From positions 248,001 through 312,000 of the forward strand of contig JBEWZL010000126.1 in NCBI GenBank assembly GCA_045837725.1: DNA of 64,000 nt, given 5' to 3'. The notes beneath the pieces are model-generated. The model saw only the letters and a program-made list of their open reading frames with translations. It ran no database searches and was not told the DNA's origin. This DNA is from Vermamoeba vermiformis (taxonomy: Eukaryota). This document shows positions 51,736-64,000 of this stretch, piece by piece. Position 1 is the first letter of the stretch; each line of letters starts with the position of its first letter. The translations under genes were made by a program, and so were the position numbers.

Positions 51736-54700
51736 ATGGAAGAGAATCAAGAAAATGGGTTTACTACTTATGGTTATACTTATACTGCCTTAAAGCCCTC
51801 AATCGTCACGTAAGCAGCCGAAATTTTTCCTTTCTCGATCTAATTTTCTTTATTGTTAGTCATAACACTGCTGGAGCATTTTTAGGAGTAGGAGAAACTA
51901 ATTTAATAGTAAGCACGATTGGATTTTCGATCAATTCAGTGCAGTATTCATAAATAAGTACTTTTGCTAATTAAAATATTGCTAGGTCGCAAAAAATGCT
52001 TTATTAGAAGTATTTACGCTGGAAGAAAATCAACTTCATTTACAAAACGAAATAGCGACTTATTTATGCGTCAGAAAATTAATGCCAATCAAGACGATGT
52101 TCCCGATCGATTTATTGTTTATTGTGCTTGATATGTACTTCGTCATAGCCTCATTTGGTACGTAGAGTGTCGGATCCACGATTTAAGCCCGCATCCAGTG
52201 GATTTTTAATTGGAGGAATTTTCAAAACTCTAATTTTCGTCATTTTCTATCGATGGAAATATTAATAATGATGTATGTATGCGCAGATTTTGAGACCAAA
52301 GAATTGCGACCTTTGTACAGCAAGAAGATGCTTACACGGGATGAAATCGATCGACAGGATCTGCTTTTTGGTTTGGCATACACCTCTGCGGAACCCTCAA
52401 AACGATTTGATGTTGCCTTTGGTGTCGATGGTGTGATGACCCTACTGCAGTTCGAAGCAGATTTAGTGTTCACTGATGGGCACGGATTAACTGGTACAAT
52501 TTCTGAAAAATCCCATGACTTTACGATAGAAGCTGGTTGTGATATTATAGGTAGGACGTTAAATCGATTTATAAGCATTAAAATTTATTAAATTCCGAGA
52601 AATTGCTAATCGTATTAACATTAGATATGGTCCTTATGGACGGCGGAAACTCAGTAGCGTTTATTACGAAGGACGCAGGAGGATCGCGATCCGTTGCCGT
52701 CAAGACTTATGAAATTGATATAGAACATTCAACTTTACTACCAGGAGCTATTTCAGTAAGTTGAATGGACTATAATATTTGAGATCGATCGTAATAAATA
52801 ACCCAATAAATTTACAGGGAACAACTAACGATACATCTACGTGCACTTTTGTACCTGTTCCGGTGCAAGGAGGCGTAATCACAATTGGTGTCAAAGAAAT
52901 TAATTACTTCAAGTAAGTTTAACCTGAAATTGACCTTCGCGATTATTAAAGATTTACTTATTTGGTAATTTCCACTTTTCAGACCAACCGGAAAAAAGAT
53001 GATTTCATTTAGTTCATCGGATGTGCTCGACGAAGGGGATGACCAGCACTGTTTGATTACAGGATGCTCAATTTTGGACACCAATTTATTTTTGTACAGC
53101 GATGCCGCAGCCAGGTAATTTATTTCAGTCGAAATTTCGAATATTTTTTCTCACGGTCGCGCGTTCATTAATTGCGGCGCTACCATTAGATAGACAGTAT
53201 GCTTGGCTATATATTAACGATTTAATTTATTGCAGGTGGTTTTTAATCCAATTAGAACGAGACAAAGGCGGAGAGGTTTCAAAAATGAACCGTATAGAAT
53301 TGGGGACGCACGGAGAGCTCAATTGCTGCACTAAAATTGCGGTAAGAAAATAACAAAATTACGCGCTCATTGACAAGTATCTAATAATCACAATGTTATC
53401 TCAACGCAGAAAATTCAACACGACCATTCACTTGCTGCTTATATTGTGTTTACGGGCCTCAGCAAAACAGATGCGCAATTGGCAACAATTATTCCGACCA
53501 ATCCTAGCGATCAGACGAGTCGAGATCGGAGTCTAAATATAACTCGTTCTACGCAACTAACGTTGTTTTGAACGAATCAGATCCGCAGAACACAACGGTA
53601 AGTAGAATGAAAAATACTTGTTTGGTCCTAACGAAAATTTTTCAATAGATTGTTGGATGCAGCGACAAAAATAATTATTTGAATATTTTAAAAACTGGAG
53701 CGAGCATTACAGAATACGCGTCATTTGAACAAAGCAACGTCAAAGCTGTGTGGGGCGTCAAAAGGCATGCACAAGATGAGTACCATTCATTCCTAGTATT
53801 TTCATTCGTCGGTCATACGAGAATACTACGGGCGCAAAAAGACGTCACAGAGGTGCGACTTTTGAATATTTTAAATTGTCAGATCCGATCCGCTAACGTT
53901 AAGTTAATTAGGTTACTATTGATTCTATTGACCCTAATACCGAGACTATATACATTGGCAATGCTGCTCATGATTATATTTTGCACGTGACAGACCATGG
54001 CGTACGTTGAAAATTTCCATTTTTGGAAGTTTAGTAAATTCTAACGTATCACGCATAGGCCGCTTTATTGAATAGCGAATTCAAGTTGGTCAGCGAATGG
54101 AAAGTTCCGAGCGGAGTAATTACAGCAGCGGGAGCTACTCCGTCACAACTGACCGTTGCGCAAGGAACAAAGCTTTACCAATTTAACATTGAAGAACAAG
54201 GCCTCAGTTTGCAAGCCACGTCAACGCAGCCAGATGATATTGCGATCTATTATCTATGATAAAGACGAACATAGCGTCGGAAAAGCGATTCTCGTGGCTT
54301 TGTGGCGGTCAAATGCAGTTCAAGTAAGTTCGTCAAATTACCTTATTTGGCAAGTGAAACTCAAGTTAAAGGATTTTAGTGCCTTGCCGTACCTTCGTTG
54401 CAAAATTTATCAACGGTCCAAGTGAACGAGCCTGGGGCGCTGATTCGTTGCCTTGAGTTGAAAAATTCCGATTTGATGATTGGACTTGGTGATGGTCGTG
54501 TATTGCATTATCATTACAATGCTAATACCTACGCCATGAATAGGCAAAAATCTTTTCAAATTGGTATGCGTATAAGATCCTATTCGTGGCTTTTTGTTAA
54601 CTTGAATTTTTTACGCAGGCACTACTCAAGCACGGTGCAGCTCAATTGATATGGAGGGCAATAACTATTTTTTCGTGTGCACGGATCGACCTTCGCTCAT

Positions 54701-56496
54701 CATCTCCGATGATTATGGACTCAAGTAAGCAAAGATCTCACGACGCCAACTAATCGGATAATGACTGATCCAAACGAAGCTTGCTTAAATCGTACTAATT
54801 TTAATTTAATTTACTTTTAATTTGCAGGGTTATCCCTGTCAATTCGGCATCGCCTATTTCGTTCGTTTGTCCATTCAAGTTTGAGTACTTGGGTGACTGG
54901 GGAATAGTAGCTTGCAGCAGTACTGAGGTCAAAATAATTTCGATTGATAATACGCAGAAGTTACACGCCACAAAAGTAAGCAAGACCATAGATCTGGATC
55001 TGGATCTGATGAATTTTTTTTGCAGTTTGACATGAAAGATTACACGCCTTGTGACATAGACAGATACGCTCCAGATGATGTTTACGCCGTGATCAGTTCA
55101 AAAAACAATGGCGCGTTCATTCATTTGATCAATATCGACTTGCCTATTGATCACCCGCAAAATCAAGTAAGACGATAATTTTCACTTAATACATCCGCTG
55201 ATAAGATATTTATAGTACGTGTTTACAATCGACAATGATGCAGAGCCATTGTGTATTTGTCGCTTAAAAATGAAAAATCCAACGACGGGTCAAGTTTCAG
55301 ACTTCTTAGGCGCCATTATTTATTCACAACAGAATAGCAGTATGTAACTTGGAGGTTATGTGCGGTAGGTTATAACAATGACACTAATTATACCGAAACA
55401 GCAATGGCACTGTACAAAGTTCAAAAAAATAACGAAGGCATCAATACCATTACAGAAGTCCAATCGATTCAGTTTGAGGTTCGTAACTATTATAGATAAT
55501 ACAAAGTATATAATATTAATGATTATTGTAGAATCGAGTCCTAAAAATGAAGTACTATAAACACATGGCCATCTTGTGTTGTGTTGAATCGGTACGTGAA
55601 ATATTTCGCGAGATTTTAATTTCTGATTTTATTTTATCATTTGTTACTGATTAATATTAATTTCAAGATGATTCTCGTGAATTTCAATGCCAACGGAGAT
55701 CTAGATTTTGCTGCAGAGTACGACGGACTATTTTTCCACAATATTACCGTCGATGACCCAAGCGGCTTAATTGTTGCGCTGTCCCTGTCAACGGAAATAG
55801 AATTCTTTCAAGTTATTGAGCAAGACAAGTAATGGCTATAAATAATTTTAAATTCGAATTAATGTGAATTTTTTTTAGCCACACCGAGATAAAGCAACTC
55901 GATATGGACCTAGCCGTTGGTTACAAGTGCATCGATATGCCTCTCAAAGTTGCGGTTTTGAACGGCGAGTATAGACAAGTCGTTGCAGGTACAATGCACG
56001 GACGACTGGAATTCTTTTTTGGACCGCCTAACAAAAGAAGTTACAAAATTGATTTCAATCTCTCTGACGCAATCACTTCAATGACGTAAGTGACCACTAT
56101 ATACATACTATAGTTACGTTAGTATACTAACCATTGTTGTACAGTACTACGAAGAATAATACTGTAATTTACACGACCAAATCTGGCGCAGTTGGAGTGT
56201 GCAAATTGATTTCGAAAAAAGAGCACGAAGTTCTGCTAGCTATTCAAATGGCACTTAGCCAGCAGCTGCACACGCTACTTCCGCTCTCGCACGATGAAAT
56301 AAGGTTCAATTATTCCGCTATTGAAGACGAAGAGTACATGTCCAGACCTGCGCTGACTACAAACCTAATCGATGGAGATTTCGTTATGAAATATTTTAGT
56401 TTACGAAAAGAGGAGAAAGAACAGATTGAAAAGGCGGTGGATGTCAACATTACTGAGTTCATTCAGAGATTTCACGAGGGATTGCTGTTTACGTAA
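51736..56496 (+). CDS. Highly divergent DDB1-like (DDB1/CPSF160/SF3B3 family) protein, tandem copy 1, very intron-rich
   Basis: N-terminus YTYTALKPSIVT/HNTAGAFLGVGETNLI/VAKNALLEVFTL; middle SFLVFSFVGHTRIL, ALWRS, LMIGLGDGRVLHY and FVCTDRPSLI; C-terminus GAVGV..NLIDGDFV..EFIQR. All are collinear with DDB1. Confidence 0.82.
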
Positions 56497-56780
56497 CGAA
56501 GATTGTGATTAGTATCATAGGTAAAGTCAATTCGGCTTCCGGCACAAAAACGGCGTCGCCACCGGATATTTTCCGATAAATAACCTAAATTAGGAAGTTT
56601 ACTGACAAATCTTCGATTAAGGTTCGGTGAAGAGCGTCACGATTGGTATCTGGCGCGTGCAAAGCATTCTTGCGAAGTCCAGTCGAAAACTTATTGCAGA
56701 TTATTTTTAATCTTCGGGCATTTAGTTCCGGACAATTCATACCGTATAATAAATTGCCCGGTATCTATTCACGAACAGAT

Positions 56781-59700
56781 ATGATAGATTATCAAGATGG
56801 TTCGCCATCCAATTATGGCTTCGTGCATACTGCATTGAGCTCATCTATAGTCAGGTAAATCCTATTAGGAGAGATTGAGTTAGATCTCATCCGAATACTT
56901 TACAAGTTTGACTAATAATTTTAATTAATAGTCATTCCACGACGGGAGCATTTCTTGGAGCTGGGCAAGTGAACTTGATAGTAAGTGAACACTTATTTAA
57001 ATTACCAAAAATAACCAACTAGAATTTGGGATGTATAATTCTGGGACTGGCCAATCTGTGTCTAACGTGCATCCACGATAATAGGTCTCTAAGAATGCGT
57101 CCTTGGAGGTTTACACTTTCAAAGATAATCAGCTAGAGCTGCAATGCCAAATTCCAACGTACATCCAAGTCCGAAAATTGCTGACCGTCAAGACAATATT
57201 TCCGACGGATTTAGTCTTCTTAGTGCTAGACATGTTCTTAGTAGTCGCTGCATTTGGTAAGCGGTCGTTTATTTTACGACAAAAGTTTCTTTCCTAATCT
57301 GATCAAAAAGTTTTTCTTCTCAACGCGCCAAGAATATTGAATCTGATCGCATCTATAATTAACTAACCCTTATAATCAGATTTTGAGACTAAAAATCTTC
57401 AACCTCTTTATGGAGAAAAGATCTTGACGCGTGACCAAACTGATCATGCAGATCTCCTATTTACTGCTTATCTTCCGACTGAGCCGTTGCCTAAACAATT
57501 CATAGCTGCCTATAGCGGCGATGGCGTGTTTATGCACTTCAATTTTACGATGGATCTGTCTTTCTCTGAAGATCGCGGTTTGGCGGGAACTGTAACGATG
57601 ATATCAAACGACTTTATCATGGACGTTGGATGCGATATAGTTGGTAAGTAGGAATTAAATGATAATATAGTTTGAAGCCAGTTTTTGGCAAATGCAGAAA
57701 CTTTTTCTGTGTTTTGGACCGACGCAACTTTTGAAAAGGCGTTCCAGATTGTCTAATATCGCGTTATATTTTAGGTTCGATCTTTTTAAAGGGTGGATAT
57801 ACTGTTGGATTGATAATCAGAAATACGGAGACGCGTGCAATATCTGTCCGATCTTACGAAATAAAACCGGGCCAAGCGAAGTTGGTTCCTGGCGCTATTT
57901 TAGTACGTAATAATCTTATTTATTAATCTTCACTAAAAATATAATATCTTTCTTTCCTTATTTATACATAAATTTCAGGGAACAACGGATGACGTAACAA
58001 CTTGCGTTTTTGCGCCCTCTCTCACTCACGATGGCCTAGTAACCATTGGCTCAAAAGAAATCAATTATTTTACGTAAGTTTTAAGCGAAAAAACCTCCTG
58101 TCATGAGCATGACCCTGATCCTTCTTTTTTTTTTGTACAAAAGGCCAACGGGCAACATTTCGGCATCTTTTCCGAATGCGGAGCTCTCCGACGGACGAAA
58201 TGGTCATACAATCAAAACAATCAAGGCGTGCATAGCTCTAGAAAATAATCTGTTTTTATATGGAGACGTCTTCGCCAGGTATACTAAATATCTCCGGATC
58301 GGGTACAGGACTAATTTTTTGCTTTAAACCAGATGGTTTTTGATCTGCATCGAAACAGGCAATGCCGGACAAGTTCCTAAACTTAGCAGGATTGAGCTAG
58401 GAGCTTATGGCGAATTCGAGTGTTGCTCAAAACTTTCCGTACGTCTTTTCAGATCAGATCAAATGAACTAAATATTTCTCAGAAAATTCAACACGATCAT
58501 TGTTTGCTTGCCTACGACGTTTACATGGGCATGACGAAAACGGACTCACAATTAGTATCAATTATTCCGACTAATCCCGTCGGTCAACAAGTCAAAAGTC
58601 ACTCCAAATATAGTTCATTCTACGCGACGAGCGTCGCTGTAGCTGTAAATGCAACCGATTCGACGGTAAATAACGAAAAAAAATAATATAGCCAAATTTA
58701 ACTATTTAGTTTAGATTGTTGGTTGTAGCGAACAAAATAACTCGCTGAGCATTCTTAAGAACAGAATTGATGTCGTAGAGTACGCCCGATTTGAACAAAA
58801 TAACGTGAGAGCCATGTGGGGATTGAAACAGCGACTAGACGATGAATATCACTCGCTGTTAGTGTTTTCCTTCTTTGGTCAAACACGAGTCATGCGGGCT
58901 GGAAAAGAGGTCACGGAGGTACTTCCGAAGCAAAAATTCACTTTTTATTAGAATAATCTAACGTTGCACAAACAACTACAGGACCTGTCTATTAAAGCTA
59001 TTAGGCCCGACGTTGAAACATTGTTTATTGGAAACGCCCGCCATGGGTTTATAGTACACGTGACTACGCAAGGGGTACGTTAGAGACACATAAGGGCGTT
59101 TAAGTCATTTTCTCATATAATCTAACGCAGATAGCGCTATTGGACATCAATTTCAAGATCGTTCATGAATGGAAAGTTCCGAACGGAGTTTTATCCGCTG
59201 CTACTGCGTGCATGTCACAAGTGACGGTTTCGCAAGGCAACAGACTTTACAACTTTCAGAATAGAGCAGCTTGGGCTTATTCTACAGTCATCGGTCGGTC
59301 CAATCTGATGACGTGGCGTTCATTATCTACGAAATGGACCAAAAAAATCAAATCGGAAAAACTGCTTTTGTTGCATTATGGCGCTCAAATACTGTTCAGG
59401 TAACAATCTACGCAAATCGAAAAATAATATTATGCCCTAATGCAAATCAAATATATAACGTACTGATAGATGAATCCACTTCCCAAGTAAATATTTATAT
59501 TTATACAATACTAATAATCTCTTAAACAGTGCCTCTCGTTGCCGTCGCTGGAAAAATTATCTACGATTCAATTGCACGAACAATCAGACGCCGTGATTCG
59601 CTGTCTAGCACTGCACAACACAGACTTGATGATCGGACTGGGCGATGGTCGTGTGCTACATTACGTGTACAATACTACGACCCACGCTTTGACTGGTGGC

Positions 59701-61862
59701 AAAACTTTTCAAGTTGGTACGAATCCTTCAGAGTATTGTTGTGCCTATTGAAATTCATACGATCCATTTTTGCACCATAATTATGATATCGGGAATTTCC
59801 CCCCATCGTCCTTCCCATACGGTATACTTGAACCCCAGCCTTGGGATCGAATATTGCCTAATAAGGAAATTCCACGTGGCTGTGGGGTCGACTATTATCG
59901 TTAGGAGCGAAAAAAGGGACTCTATGAATGAATTATGAATGCGCACAACAAAATTGCAGCAATATTAACACAGATTATTTCTAGGAACTACTCAAGCCCG
60001 CTGTGCCTCCGTTAACATTCCGGGAATCGGCCGGAGTTATTTTTTTGTTTGCACTGATCGACCCTCGCTCATTATTACCGATGAATATGGCATGAGGTAC
60101 CTTTAAAACCAACTTTATTAGTTGTAACTAAATCTTAATTTTGATAGGGTTGTTTCAGTGAATTTGAAAGTTCCGATCTGGTACGTTTGCCCATTCAAAT
60201 TTGAATTCAGCAATGATTGGGCACTTGTTGCGTGTAGCGACTCAGAAGTCAAAGTGATCGCGTTAGACAATATCAATAAGATACTACCAACAAAAGTACG
60301 TACTGAAAACTTCCATATCTAGTAATTAACGATATCTTTTAAAGTTTGATCTGAAAGAATTTACGCCGTGCAATATTGACCGATTTTCACCGCATAATCT
60401 TTATTCGGTGATTTGTGCTAAGAACAATGGCGCCTATATTCGACTGATTGACATTGAACAGTCAATTAACCATGCCCAAAATCAAGTACGCTTATTATTC
60501 CATATTTATACTATTTTAGTACTGATGTTTGTGACAGTACTTTTTTACGATCGATAATGACGCTGAGCCCTTGTGCATTAGTCACCTCAATATGAAAAGT
60601 CCTCGTAGCGGAAAATTAACGGATTATCTCGGCGCTGTGACATTTACAGCCGAAACCAGCAGTAAGTTAATTTAATTTTAGATCAATTAGGAGTCTACTT
60701 GCTTATCTGTTTTTTTGCGTAGCTTTGTCTTTGTACCAAATCGAAAAGACCGCCGAAGGAATTTTCATCGTGATGGAACGTCAGTCCGTTCAATTCGAGG
60801 TAAACACTTTTTGACACTTTTGCCGACCGCAAAATTTTGTTCGGTTTCAGCCAAACGGCACAGGTAAATGCTTTACTAAGAGAGTACTAATTGCTGAGAT
60901 AGGCTCGAGTCATCAACATGCGGTGCTTCAAAGATATGATCATATTGTGCTGCCCTGAATCTGTAAGTCGAAAACAAATTTTGACACTTTTTTGACACGT
61001 GTCACTGAAAAATTTTTACAGCTAATTTTGGTGAACTTCAATTCGGACGGTGATTTAGACTTTGTCACGAACCACGATGGCTTTTACTATCATAATGTAG
61101 CATCGGATCCACGAAGCGGTTTAATTGTTCCGCTTTCATTGTCAACCGAAATAGAAATCTTCGAAGTCGAGAAGAACGGGTACGTTCAAATACTAAAATT
61201 TTAAATATATACCACTCTCTAATATTTATGGCTAGTAGTACGAAGATTCAGGAGGTAAAGATGGAACGGAGTAGCGGCGACAAAAGTATGATGGATATGC
61301 CACTGAAAGTAGCAATTTTGAACGGCGAGCACAAACAAGTTGTTGCAGGCACAATGCAAGGACGACTTCAATTCTTTTTTGGACCGTCAAATAATTCACT
61401 GAAAAGTCATACCATCGAATATCACCTCTTCGATACAGTCTCCTCAATGAAGTACGTTTTGTCAACTGATTTTGATTTATTCAATTTGTTATATAACCTA
61501 TTGAAATTAGCGGTACCAAAGATGGGAATGTAATTTATACGACGCAATCTGGCGCAGTTGGAGTGTGCAAATTGATCTCAAAAGAAGATTACAAAGTTTT
61601 GTCTGAAGTGCAAAGACAAATGAGCGAGCGATTGAAAATGCTCGTTCCAATCTCCCACGACGAGATTCGATTCAATTATTCCGCTGTTGAAGACGACGAG
61701 TACCTGTCCAAAGCGTCACTGAACACCAATCTGATCGATGGAGATTTCGTTATGAAATTTCTGACGCTACGAAAAGAACAGCAAGAACAAATAGAGAAAG
61801 AATTGAATATGAACGTCACTGAGTTCATTCAGAGATTTCACAAGGGACTGCTATTTGCATAG
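56781..61862 (+). CDS. Highly divergent DDB1-like protein, tandem copy 2
   Basis: Paralog of copy 1 with the same exon layout: YGFVHTALSSSIVS/HSTTGAFLGAGQVNLI/VSKNASLEVY, EYHSLLVFSFFGQTRVMR, LMIGLGDGRVLHY, NLIDGDFVMKFLTL. Indels at ~59250-59300. Confidence 0.82.
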
Positions 61863-61938
61863 TCATACTTTTCCGAGAATTTCTACGCAAGATCTACAAT
61901 AAAACATATTTTATTTTCAACACAATGGCTAATAAATT

Positions 61939-64000
<2,062 letters not shown>

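Overview
Gene-dense, AT-rich eukaryotic DNA with many short GT-AG introns and CTAAY-type branch points, read with the standard genetic code. It is probably from a protist, possibly an amoebozoan (inference only). About 25 genes or remnants can be spliced by hand: GPR137-like (partial), two inverted copies of a Cys-repeat membrane protein, ependymin-like, canonical DDB1, copine-vWA, a small membrane protein, a 2OG-Fe(II) oxygenase-ubiquitin fusion, a GNAT array, a degenerate AlaRS, a JAB/MPN-like protein, GPI-type LRR and beta-propeller/EGF surface proteins, F-box/LRR, a second 2OG oxygenase, SNRNP25, an LRR-PIN protein, SulP, AGXT, a vWA protein with histone H4-like motifs, two tandem highly divergent DDB1-like genes and Vps34 (partial). 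The strongest candidates for new biology are the divergent DDB1-like pair (possible alternative cullin adaptors), the oxygenase-ubiquitin fusion, the H4-tail mimic, the JAB-like and LRR-PIN genes, and a sharply CpG-depleted core in the duplicated gene. Scattered +1 indels occur even in conserved genes and suggest consensus errors, so pseudogene calls are tentative. All homology calls are from motif recognition; no searches were run.
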